DNA of 64,000 nt from Eledone cirrhosa (taxonomy: Eukaryota): assembly GCA_964016885.1 (NCBI GenBank), contig OZ024743.1, positions 290,160,001 to 290,224,000 on the forward strand, in the 5' to 3' direction. Shown here one piece after another: positions 1 to 11,927 of the stretch. The translations under genes and the position numbers were made by a program. Position 1 is the stretch's first letter. Every line of letters begins with the position of its first letter. The notes beneath the pieces were generated by a model, which was given only the letters and a program-made list of their open reading frames with translations, searched no databases and was not told the origin of the DNA.

Positions 1-329
1 CATACATTTACCTGATAACGGACAATTCCTAGGATTTCTACAGTTGCAATGTGTCCGTGTAGAATGTGTTGGATCATCGCCGGTTCTTGAGTTGAAGATG
101 TTATTCTATGTATCTTTTTGTTGCTTGGAATATGTGTGTGATACGGAGGAGACGTTGGGGTTTGTGGGACTTGATCCGTTCTCTTTTGGAGGCGGCGGAT
201 GTTGCTGAGGATTCAGATTACTACAATTCATCATATGTCCGGGTTTCTGCAGACTATTACAACGCTGCGCTACTTAAGGCCAGTTACGATGAAGTACTAA
301 AATTTCTTCCAGGTACAATATGCGGGCGA

Positions 330-1392
330 AAACCCAACTACACCGACTTCGGTGGACTGGGTGTCTGGAAAGGCACGTATTTCGTCTCGGGTGCAGTTCT
401 GTCGACCATATATTCATACTGCTGCAAGTTGTGAAATGCTGTGCAAGAGTATGTGGTAGATGGTCAGCTTCTTGCTACCTTGATGTCTCTATGCAAATGC
501 CCGAGTATTTGTGTTTGGAGAAATTGTGCTTAATCAAAACCATTCAGTAGGGACTCAGACTCAATGAGGAGTGCGTAATATCACCTCTATTTTCATTATT
601 GACATAAACATCATTGCCAGACTGGAAGAGGTATCATGACTGGCGGGTTTAGAATCAGTCGGTTGGAATTTGCAAACGACATGTTGTTACGTAACTCGAC
701 AGAAGGTGATAACCAACTTGCACTCGATAGCTTTCATTCCGAGTGCTGCAAGGCTGGAATAAGGATCAATGCTGCGAAAAATGAGACATTCGTCCTCAAG
801 AAATCCTGCGTAGTGCAGTTTACATGTGAAGGTAGTTCTACTGAAGCAGATACAGAATTTCATGTATATCGCGTTGGTGATCATGAAATTATGGAAGACA
901 GGAGGCTGAATTAAGTGCAATAGTTGCAGGAGCAATTGCAATAATGAAATAGCTTCAGCATTGAATAATCATAAGGGATATATGCAAAAATAACAAGAAG
1001 AAACAAACAAAGTCGTCTTTAATTCGGTATTCATGCCTTGGAAGGGTATTTGGAGTAACGTTACTAGATAGAATGCGTATCTCAGATGTCATAGAATCAC
1101 TCCGAGTAGAGACTCTAATTCTCTGAATTGAGAGATCATAGCTTCGAAACTATGGGCATGTGGCTAGAATGTCTCAGGAAAGAATCGCTAGACAGATTTC
1201 ATATGCAAAACCAAACGGTAAGAAACCCCATGGTTGACCCTGAGCAAGAAGTTAGGATAACATGCATCTGTTTAACTGGTCTTGATTGTGCATCCCGTCG
1301 GATTAGTTAAAGACGGATGCTTCTGACAGGACCTGCTGGAAGGAATCTTTCATGACTCTGCCCCCACGACCCACTCAGAAATGAGAGGGCAA
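330..1392 (+). mobile_element. Decayed RTE-clade LINE, 3' part (RT remnants) with (AAG)n tail
   Basis: Frameshifted RT-like peptides FRLGCSSVDHIFILLQVVK, (L)QEYVVDGQLLATLMSL and LEFANDMLL...NQLALDSFHSECCKAGIRINAAKNE (decayed FADD region). The remnant ends directly at a GAA repeat. Confidence 0.65.
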
Positions 1393-1612
1393 AAGAAGAA
1401 GAAGAAGAAGAAGAAGAAGAAGAAGAAAAAGAAGAAGAAGAAGAAGAAGAAGAAGAAGAAGAAGAAGAAGAAGAAGAAGGGAAGGAGAAGGAGAAAGAGA
1501 AGGATGAGGAGGATGAGGAGGAGGAGGATGAGGAGGAGGAGAAGAAGAAGAAGAAGAAGAAGAAGAAGAAGAAGAAGAAGAAGAAGAAGAAGAAGAAGAA
1601 GAAGAAGAAGAA
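1393..1612. repeat. (AAG)n/(AGG)n compound microsatellite
   Basis: Directly visible; it produces the spurious poly-K/R ORF 1381-1623. Confidence 0.97.
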
Positions 1613-1700
1613 TGTGTTGTTAGCCCCTTTGAAAATGTCTGGTGTTTTCTTTCGTCAGAACAAAATCAAACATTTTAAAATACACATTTTGAAAATAATT

Positions 1701-1747
1701 AATTGTTTCTACTTTAGGCACAAGGCCAGCAATTACCCAGTGCATAC
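1701..1747 (-). mobile_element. 3' fragment of tRNA-derived SINE
   Basis: Reverse complement (..ctggccttgtgcctaaagtagaaacaatt) matches the 3' ends of the SINEs at ~3110-3140 and 59635. Confidence 0.5.
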
Positions 1748-2999
1748 ACATGTTGAAAATAATTAATAATTACCAATAAACATGTCATAACACATGTACA
1801 TAAAACATAGCATAGATACTATTGTAGTCGTATCTTTTAATATGAAAGAGCATGCAATGCCTTACACCTCTTTGTAATTAATTTAGCATTAATGGAATTA
1901 ATCTAAACTTGCTTTTTTATCCGATCAGTACGTTCTACTTTTATGTTATAAACTACGCCTGTATGATACCAAAGCCTTCGTTTAAATTGATTACAAATAT
2001 AAAAAATGTTGTGAATAATAGATTACGGTAAACGTAATTTTCAATACACTATTTGGCGTTTGATCAAATGATGCTTTTTACAATTGTCATTATAATTGTA
2101 TAGAACAAGGAATCATGCAACCTCATTGCAGTTGGAAGGCTTTTTCCTTTAACTTCGATAAAATGCACCCAGCTTAGATATTATTATACTGAAAATGTTA
2201 TGTGTCCAAATAATCAGATATTGAATTGATTTAGTATAAATTAGACCTGAATATTATGTTCAAAGAAAATATTTCATGTTACGGCGATTACCCTTTTATG
2301 CAGATATTATTGGTAATAGAAAAAAATAGTACTCAATATTTAAATGATATTAAATATATCACGTATTTAAATATTTACGCACTAAACACTTTAGACAAGA
2401 TGCTTATCAGCATATCTTCTAAGTTATTTAGTACTATTGAGTCATATAGCATGTAAGGATGCGTTCCGATGCACTAAAATGATAAGATACTGACCGCTTA
2501 AAGTATTTTAATTCAAAAGTCTTTACGTCTGTCTCACGCATATTGCTGCGTGATACAATGGATTATAAAAAATGTTATACACGCAAAGGAGTTCGAAGTT
2601 ATATATGGCTATTTTGATGACGTCACCACATGTGATGAGAAGATTATATGTACATTGCGTATATATATATGTGTGTATGTGTGTGTGTGCGTGTATGTAT
2701 GTGTACATGCGTATGTGTACATTTGTGTGTGCGTGTGTATGTACTTATATGTGTGTGTTAGAGCAAACGAGCTAGGGAGTGTAGTAGAGATAAATACAAT
2801 ATAAATAGATAAGATATAGTTTCACAGGTTTGTTATCATGCTGCGTTCCATACACTAATTGTACATTAATAGCTTTCTCATCCTTTACATCAGTAGCAAT
2901 GGAAATGATGTCAACATGGTAATATATCTATTTCAGCACTGTCAGAAGCAAGAGAGTATGATACGCATATCAATATGATATCTTACTGTGCAATATTGA

Positions 3000-3140
3000 T
3001 GTTAATGAGTTCAAATCCCGCCGAGGTTAACTTTTCCTTTCGGGGTCGATACAACTTTTCCTTACGGGGTCGAGAAAATAAAGCACTAGTATTGCACTGT
3101 GTATTAGCTGGCCTTGTGCGAAAAAGTAGAAACAATTATT
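3000..3140 (+). mobile_element. tRNA-derived SINE (partial)
   Basis: B-box gagttcaaatccc, then gccgaggttaactt...cggggtcga...ggccttgtgcgaaaaagtagaaacaatt. Homologous to 18299-18490 and 59635-59847. Confidence 0.75.
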
Positions 3141-3287
3141 GTTAATGTTACCATCATAATGTTTATGGCACACACCAAGTGTGCCACATATTCGGAGTAG
3201 CAAAATTGTTTTCTGTAAGCAAACATGAAACACACATGAAACATATATTATTGGAGGAGACTAGATAGAAGGTTTTCTACAGTCGGT

Positions 3288-3380
3288 TATGACCTTTGTA
3301 ATTTCGTTGGTGATTCATTATACACTAAAATAATATGACCTTTGTGATTTCGTTGGTGATTCATTATAACACTAAAATAA
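3288..3380. repeat. Tandem duplication of a ~46 bp unit
   Basis: tatgacctttgt(a/g)atttcgttggtgattcattata(a)cactaaaataa occurs twice. Confidence 0.9.
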
Positions 3381-5847
3381 TATAATTTCTTAAATTCAAA
3401 GAAAACGAACTTTTTGGCATATAACAATTATTACCGTTATAAAATATAACTCCTATGTTTATTTGTCTGATGCCCACTGGTCTTCGCTGAAGAGAGGACA
3501 ACTTTTGAAAGCTGGAGATAAAACTCATCTATGAATGTCTTTTTTGTTTCATTAGACATATAATAACTTATTTCAAATCGATGGAATCTTTAGTTAAATG
3601 TATTATAATTTCACGGTTTACGCAGCTAAGAGCAATATGATATGGTAGTTTGCTATGCCTTCTTATATTTTCTCGGAGACCGTAGTATATGGGATATTAA
3701 GAAAAGAAGCATAAGAAAAACTGAACTGGAAACTACTTAGTTTTTCTTCATCAAAATGTCTTTGTTAATTTATTATGGTATGTATAATTTTATCGATTGC
3801 CTAGAAAAGAAATACAAATTCAATTCCGACTCAAAAATGATCTGCATTCCATTGATCTTCATTCCATCATCAAGGTTATCTATAACACACATGTGTATGT
3901 GTGTCTGTGTGCGTCTATATATGTATGTAAATATATACATATTAAAAAAAATCATTTGTGTTAATTACAACATTAACATAACTTCAAACATCACAGACAT
4001 GAGTCCTGTGATATTGAACTCTACATAACTTCAACACTCAAGTGATCGTTTAGTATGAGATAATAGAAAGAAAATAAATGCAGCTTTACGTCTTAAAACG
4101 TGCGTGCCGATGCTAAAAATTTAGATTAAAGACATGTGCATTCGACCGCAGAGTGTCTAGCAAATTATTTAATGGAACTGATGTCAGCCTCATGGGAGCT
4201 GTCTTTCTATTGTCATGCAATTTTCTAAACTGCGCTAGAATAGTGGACGCGTAAGATGTACGACTAACAACTAACTGGTGCTGCAATTAAATTTCCAATC
4301 CCAGCTGAAGCCAATTCGCTTCACTTACGTTGTTAATTCTCTTGGTAACTAAGGAAATCAATAATCATCATAAGTTCTTATTTTCTCTTATTTAACTTAG
4401 GAAATTGTGTTGTATCCCGAGATGTATATGCTTGATTGCAACCTGTGGCGACCTTGTGAAAAACTAGAGCACACATTGTCTTCCCAAAAAGCGGACACAC
4501 TGACACAATTTTAATGTCAGCTCTGAGACATTTTCCGACACATCGCCTTTGCTGATTTGAAGAAGTAACCAACGTCAAATTGTCACACACACACACACCT
4601 TAATCAAATCAATAATAGTTAACATCTAAGCTAGAATAACTGATATCCTATTTCTAGCTGAAACTATTTCTCTTTTGTAAATGCTTTTATTATCGTTATG
4701 GTCAGGCTTTTCAAATCGCTTGCTTTTCATTCAACAGTTGTGTTTCACGGAAGTAACCGCTATAATTTCAATGAACAACACCATTAGAACAGCCACATAA
4801 GTTTCTGTGATCCAATCTAAATCCGGTGTTAATAAAATAATAATTACTGCTACGCTTTCGAAAGTATCCCCACATCATATGCGATTGCACGATTAGTGAT
4901 GCACCAGCCATAACCTTTTCCAATCACGCTCTAACATTCCAAGGTTGTATATAAATTAAACGGTGGGTGGTAAACGATTGCGTTGGAGCACATTCTCGCA
5001 TAAATCTACACAACTTTTGCGTATGGATCTATATAATGATTAAAATATATTTGTCTTACAAAGTATATGAGCTCAACCTCACCGAATGGTTAAGAGTTTT
5101 GCTTCATTATAATGAGTCGTACATTTTATCTTAAGGTAACTAGAATTTCCTGTAGCCCAATAAAATTGGTTTATAAAAGTGGTTAAATGAAAGCTGCTTG
5201 GAAGCTTGTCATATAGACAGCATCCGCAATACAGAAGAGCCAGACTTATACACAATATCATGATGAATCTCCCTGCGAACTATGTTAACGGAACTCTGGG
5301 TTGTAGAAAATACTGACATTTGATATTACCATCTACATCGTTCCGTTGACACATATTCAAACACCTCGTTGGTCCTTTTAATTTACATTACGACACTATC
5401 AATCGTCGACTGGATTATTTATATTTCTCTTGCATCAGTAAATACGTTATAAAACTATTATCCTCAGAACATCTCATTCCATCTCCTTAATACGTAAAGT
5501 GCTTCATGCTTTGTTAAAAAACGAATACTGATGTTTATTTTACTGATAAATGATAACGTTTTTACGCGTAACATTTTGAGAACAAATCAATATATTTTGA
5601 CACTTATGTAGAAGTCAAAACATATAAAAAAATGTTATTGTTATACATGAAACTATTACTATAAATAATTTGAATAATTTTAAATGTTATAAGTACGTTG
5701 TAATTTATCCAACAAATAAAGATTAACTTTTAAAATGACATGCAACACTTGTTTCTAATTTTCACGTATTAGATTTATAATTTCATCGCGTTTTTCGGTG
5801 CTCATCAGTCTGCCCTAGAACACCATGATATATATATATATAAATAT

Positions 5848-6325
5848 ATAAAGTTAAATAAAAGTCAAATGATTAAAATTTAGCTTCGTTTATTACTGCT
5901 ATATATATTTCAGTGACAGCCATCTTTGGCTGCGACCTCTTCAGGCAGTTTGAATTAGTATGGTATAGACAAGTACATATGTTGTTTAGGTGTATGATAT
6001 TGTCAATACTCTGATATGCCCAGTTCCTTGTTGGGTTGTTAATTCACTGGGGAACTGGAGTCATATGACAATATCATACACCTAAACAACATATGTACTT
6101 GTCTATACCATGCTAATTCAAACTGCCTGAAGAGGTCACAGCCAAAGATGGCTGTCACTGAAATATATATAGCAGTAATAAACGAAGCTAAATTTTAATC
6201 ATTTGACTTTTATTTAACTTTATTTTACACTATTCCGGAGTAACCAAACCAACCTGCGCACTTCGTCGAGTGCTCCAGCCTGCATACTGAGGTGTTGGTA
6301 TACAACCAACATAAACTCTAAATCT
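5848..6325 (+). mobile_element. Non-coding fold-back element A (PLE pLTR-derived) in (TA)n
   Basis: 158-bp inverted arms 5848-6005 / 6066-6223, a ~100 bp unique 3' extension, a hammerhead in each arm, and (TA)n flanks. Confidence 0.8.
6122..6176 (+). ncRNA. Type I hammerhead ribozyme
   Basis: Stem I actgc/gcagt; core CUGAAGA; stem II acagcca-aaga-tggctgt; GAAA; palindromic tatata stem III; AUA site. Mirror copy on the minus strand at ~5895-5949. Confidence 0.8.
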
Positions 6326-6413
6326 ATATAAATATATATATATATATATAAAATATATAATACTCTAGATTTACAATTTCATCGCGTTTTCGGTGCTCAT
6401 CAGTCTGCCCTAC

Positions 6414-6444
<31 letters not shown>

Positions 6445-6836
6445 TTACAATAATCAAAGTTCAGTTTTAATCATTTATTTGCTTACAATTGTTTCCTCCA
6501 AACGGAGGTTTGGATTCTTCGGAGCAACTATATAGTGATCTATAACATACTTGACCTCCTTTTCAACACAAGAGACATGTAAAAACATGTAAAAACATGT
6601 AAAAAACATATGCACATATTGATCCACAGTGGGATGAGATCCATCAAAATGATATAGCATGGCGATTTACATATAAAGGTTAAAGGATAAAGATAAAAAT
6701 AAAAATAAAAATAAAAATAAAAATGAAGCATTGGCAGTCTATGAAGATAAAGCAAGAGGAAAGTTTAGAGTAGTCAGTGTATGAAACAATCTCACGTGTA
6801 GCATGCACGCGTGTCTTATTTATACAGGATTAGAGT

Positions 6837-8155
6837 ATAACCTTAGTATTACCATGGACAAAAACACCAAAAACGTCAACTTCCTAGACGCCACACTCTA
6901 CCTAGGCTCAATGATATATACACCTTTCCACAAACCTAATGAAAAACTCATCTACGTAGATACCAAGTCTAACCACCCTAGATCTATATTAAACTCTATC
7001 TCTAAGGGAGTATCTAATATAATCTCTAATCTATCCTATGACATAAACACATTTAACAATAACTCGCAGTTAGCTAGATCAGGACATAATACAGGGATAG
7101 AGTTCCTACCTACAAAAACGCATAGCTACAACATTATTTCACACAACATGTCCATGGGAAAATTTAATAATAGGAATAGAAACCACACACACACTAATAG
7201 AGATGATAACAACAAAAGTAACCCACACCACAGATATTACCATAGTAACATTAAAGGAAACAAATCACCGGACATAAAAAACAGAAATAGAAGAAGAAAT
7301 AATACATAATACATTTTTCAATCCTCCTTTCAATCTAAACGTCTCTACCAACCTACCTAGGGCTTTCTTCTCACTACTGGATAAACACTTCCCATCCGGC
7401 CACAGGTACCATAGCCTTTTAAACAAAAACACTATTAAAATCTCATACTCTACTACGCCTAACTTAGCATACCACATAGCTAGTAGCAATGAAAGAAAAA
7501 TTAATTCTTACTTCCAACAAACTAAATCACAACAGACGATAAACCTTCAAAATGACATTCAAAATAACATTATAGCAACTAACCATAATATCAATAGAAA
7601 TAATAGTATTAGTACTAGTGTAAACATTAACGCTGCGAACGACAACCCACATAACCATAACACTATAGCTAAGATCCAAACTTCTACACAGCATAGTAAC
7701 CGGCAGACTAACACCCAGATTAATTGTAACTGTAGATCAAATAGAACCTGCCCTTTAGATAAAAAATGCTTAACCAAGGATATCATATACTCATGTACAG
7801 TCACAACTAACAACTCTTCTGAAACCTATATAGGCTCTACTTCTAACTGCTTCAAAACTAGATACATTTCACACCTCGACTCTTTCAAAAAACACAGTCT
7901 GGCCAACTCCACTTCACTATCTAGCTACATACACTATCTAAAAACTAAAACTAAAATATACACACTTAAATGGGAAGTGGTAGGTAGTGTGCATCATCGT
8001 ACTAACCACCTAATACATTTTGTAACCTCTGTCTACTAGAGACCCATACTATCATCTTCTCTAACCATAATCTCCTTAATAAAAAATCAGAAGTTTTCGC
8101 ATCTTGCCAACACCGCTTCCGACACTCTTTCCAAAACTTTAAACCCTATATATAA
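6837..8155 (+). pseudogene. Disrupted PLE RT C-terminus + GIY-YIG endonuclease
   Basis: VNFLDATL, FFNPPF, CNCRSNRTCPLDKKC, DIIYSC..ETYIGST, LNKKSEVF. Frameshifted relative to the 481-aa ORF at 15348-16793. Confidence 0.88.
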
Positions 8156-8559
8156 CAATGTCAGACTGGAACCGTCACCACCCCTAGCAATTAGCATCAG
8201 TAGCACACCTCACACCTCATCTCCACACCCATTTATATACTCTAAAGGTAATACTGGCAGCATTATGGCACCATCTACCCTGGGGATACCCCCATGTACT
8301 TCTAATTCTGTTATCTCGGCCGTGGATTACTTAAACTGCATTGCACAAATATATGATTAATATAAACTATAGACACGGTATTGGTTGTGCTAACATAGTC
8401 CTGTGCACATAGTAGTGCCACCACTAGATAGATTGATGATTAAGTAGGTAATCTTATTATTATTTGACTATATATTCTATACGATCAGTACAATGAATTA
8501 TGCACAGGTGATACATCAGTTAGGAGTCTCTGTGTTACTTGATGGCCTGACTACTATCT

Positions 8560-9330
8560 TTTGATGTGAGAACTGGTCCCCGGATCACCCTGGTGAACTT
8601 ACCGGGAATGCAGTCATACAATGACCCGAAACTTGCCGGGAGTCTTGTATGATAATACGACCATTATTGTTAATAATACCCTTATTAGTAGTGAGACCCT
8701 TATAATTATTCTGTAGTCTGACTCTTCTTATGGATTGTCCAGGTGTGGCACTCCATATTAGATTGTAATCATCAAGATATGAACCCCTTTAGTACTTATT
8801 AATAGACTCCACTCTAATTTGTAGATAAGATACCTAATTTAATTAATATATGAGATGAGAGTTTATGTATTGCTTGGTGGCCAGACTGGTGACTTTATAT
8901 GGGAGACTTGATCTCCAGATTGTAATCTTCATGATATGAACTCCTTTAGTACTTATTAATAGACTCCACTATAATTTGTAGAGAAGATACCTAATTTAAT
9001 TTATATATGAGATAGGAGTTTATCTATTGCTTGATGGCCAGACTGGTGTCTTCATATGAGAGATTTGATCTCCAGACCACCCTGGAGATATTCAGATTTA
9101 CCAAGGATTCAGACATACAATGACCCAGAACTTACCGGGAGTCACATATAAAATAATAGGACCATTCCTGGTCCTGCGGGAGGAATTACACTTACAAAGA
9201 ACATTGATTTGGGGGTCTGACTCTTCTTATAGAATGTTCAGATATGACACCCCTTAATAGAAGGTAATCATCCTGATATATACACCTTTAGTACTTCTTA
9301 ATAGACAACACTGTAACCTATAGATAAGTA
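8560..9330. repeat. Internal tandem duplications in the PLE1 3' UTR
   Basis: ~157-bp unit at 8760-8916 / 8917-9075, plus a diverged larger unit at ~8570-8830 / 9060-9330 (catacaatgaccc..cttaccgggagtc). Confidence 0.75.
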
Positions 9331-10165
9331 ACATCATCTAGAAATTAGTTATAACAGCATATGATAGGCACTTATTTGAAACACCATTAATGTAATTTAG
9401 GATAATAAATTTAACTAAGTAAACCAGCTAGTTACCTCCCCTTACGCATTAATTCCCCTGGTCATACACACACTTCCGGAATATAGTATCATCACACAAA
9501 ACTAAACAACATGATCTATTAATTAAGAATCGACAAGATACGGTTTATAACTTGGTTATATGCCGAACCATCGTGAATTATATGATAGACCCGTGGTCTA
9601 TATATCGCGTTTCATGGATTATGTGAGTGGTGGTGTGCGCGAAGACAGTGGTACTGTTTTGCCTATCTTATAATATGTTTTATAATATGTTTGATATTTT
9701 TGATATTTTGGTGTTTCTCCACATTCGGGACTGTATATCATACAGGTGTATGCGAAAAAAATGATTTAATAATTCAGCCCACATAATAATATCGATTGTC
9801 TGCTTCAACTGCCTGACCCTGCCGGTAACATTCTGACGCACTCTAATCCTGTATAAATAAGACACGCGTGCATGCTACACGTGAGATTGTTTCATACACT
9901 GACTACTCTAAACTTTCCTCTTGCTTTATCTTCATAGACTGCCAATGCTTCATTTTTATTTTTATTTTTATTTTTATTTTTATTTTTATTTTTATTTTTA
10001 TCTTTATCCTTTAACCTTTATATGTAAATTGTCATGCTATGTCATTTTGAAGGATGTCATCCCACTGTGGATCAATATGTGCATATGTTTTTACATGTTT
10101 TTACATGTTTTTACATGTCTCTTGTGTTGAAAAGGAGGTCAAGTATGTTATAGATCACTAAATAG

Positions 10166-10214
10166 TTGCTCCGAAGAATCCAAACCTCGGTTTGGAGGAA
10201 ACAATTGTAAGCAA
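10166..10214 (+). ncRNA. Minimal type I hammerhead variant (CCGAAGA core) in PLE1 pLTR
   Basis: ttgct-ccgaaga-a-tccaaac/ctcg/gtttgga-ggaa-acaattgt-a-agcaa. Inverted copy at 6479-6527. Confidence 0.75.
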
Positions 10215-10551
10215 ATAAATGATTTAAACTGAACTTTGATTATTGTAATCTCTATATAACTGCTCTGTAAAACACCCGATGTTATTACATTGAGCTATTT
10301 ATCTTACTGGTAATAAGATAGTAATTAATGACTATCTTTCACTATTTAGGGTTTGTATAAAAAATATATAATCATAAAAGGTTTTATTACATACATAACC
10401 ATAAGTAGTATCCTTAATACTATATATATATATATAATTTATAATATATAATATATATATATAATATATATTACTTCCTATAATATTACATCAAGATTGA
10501 CCATGCGGATTGACCAATTCTATCCAGTGGTGAACCAACAAACATAAATAA

Positions 10552-10613
<62 letters not shown>

Positions 10614-10625
10614 AAGAAATTGATT

Positions 10626-10664
<39 letters not shown>

Positions 10665-10667
<3 letters not shown>

Positions 10668-10782
10668 TAGTCATTTTAAAATGTATCTATATTTGAAGCT
10701 GTAGTTAAAATTTAATTAGTTACGTACCTCGCTGTGTGTGTTTACACACTTTACAAATTATCCCCTGTGATTGTTTAATGTT

Positions 10783-10852
<70 letters not shown>

Positions 10853-11421
10853 CAATCAATTTCTAGTTGATATAAAATTCTCGAATCTATTCATTGGAAT
10901 CTTTGAGCTTATTCTACGGTGGATATGGCGCATGTCTCGGACATGAGTCGCTTAATTTAATTTTGGATATATATACGGCCCCTAATTGTAGAGTTAACTC
11001 AGTTGAAAGGACTCGGCTGCTATTTCTAGCTGTCGATAATCCTATTCACGCCACTGGGATGACCCCCGTACGATGTGTTTAGTTTTAAAAATGATAGTTA
11101 AATCTTCTCCCTCGTTGAAAATTCGATTTTGACTACTGTGAGTTTACGGATTAATGATGAAATATATTGCTTTAATGAAATATATACAAGGAAGTTTAAT
11201 CATTTTAAAAGATATCTGTATTTGAAATTCTAGTTAAACTTTAATTAGTTACAACCTAGCTGTGTGTGTTTACACACTTTACAATGTATCCCCTGTGATT
11301 GTTTCATGTGTTTATTTTAGATATATATATATAAATCAATTTCTAGTTGATATAAAATGCTCGGATCTATTCATTGGAATCTTAGAGCTTATTCTACGGT
11401 GGATATGGCCCACGTCTCGGA
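10665..11421. repeat. Dispersed repeat, ~1.5 tandem units; same family as 60995-61836
   Basis: 10665-10945 recurs at 11196-11421. The whole block is homologous to 60995-61836. Confidence 0.8.
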
Positions 11422-11422
11422 T

Positions 11423-11869
11423 TTTTAAAGGATTGTAAATACAGCGAGTAAATCAAACAAAGATGGAATTCCTTTTGTTAATATAATCTTCTATACACAA
11501 TCATACATATATATATATATATAAATATACACCGGTGTGTATGATTGTGTATAGAATATTATATTAATAAAAGGAATTCCAACTTTGTCTGATTTACTCG
11601 TTGTATTTACAATACTTTAACATTTATAATGGTATTAGAATGAAATAGTATGGTAGAATATTAAATGTTAAGTGTTAATTGAAGAAGTACTTTCATGGTT
11701 TCGCAGAATATGAACCTGAAGATTGCGAAAGCATGAAAGTACTTGTTCAATTAACACTTAACATTTAATATTCTACCATACTATTTCATTCTAATACCAT
11801 TGTAAATTTTAAAGGATTGTAAATATAACGAGTAAATCAGACAAAGTTGGAATTCCTTTTATTAATATA
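11423..11869 (+). mobile_element. Non-coding fold-back element B (double inversion)
   Basis: Arms ~11560-11704 / 11724-11869, plus an extra inverted arm 11423-11508 / 11538-11620. A hammerhead lies at the apex. Confidence 0.78.
11711..11749 (+). ncRNA. Minimal type I hammerhead ribozyme (39 nt)
   Basis: tgaac-ctgaaga-t-tgc/gaaa/gca-t-gaaa-gtac-tt-gttca; palindromic stem III; CUU site. Confidence 0.8.
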
Positions 11870-11885
11870 TATATATATATATATA

Positions 11886-11923
<38 letters not shown>

Positions 11924-11927
<4 letters not shown>

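Larger units (their letters stand above)
6441..10422 (+). mobile_element. Penelope-like element PLE1 (Hydra-clade-like), 5'-truncated, with inverted pLTR
   Basis: Inverted repeat 6441-6836 / 9840-10253; RT thumb and GIY-YIG remnants; ~2.2 kb 3' non-coding region; hammerhead; (TA)n flanks; 3' terminus homologous to that of PLE2. Confidence 0.9.

Noticed and set aside
108-434. 108-aa ORF
   Set aside because: No recognisable domain; overlaps decayed RTE remnants in other frames.
1381-1623. Poly-Lys/Arg ORF resembling a protamine
   Set aside because: Translation of an (AAG)n/(AGG)n microsatellite.
3480-3535. Hammerhead-like ctgaagagaggacaacttttgaaagct
   Set aside because: Stems I and III and the NUH site cannot be formed convincingly; at best a decayed pLTR.
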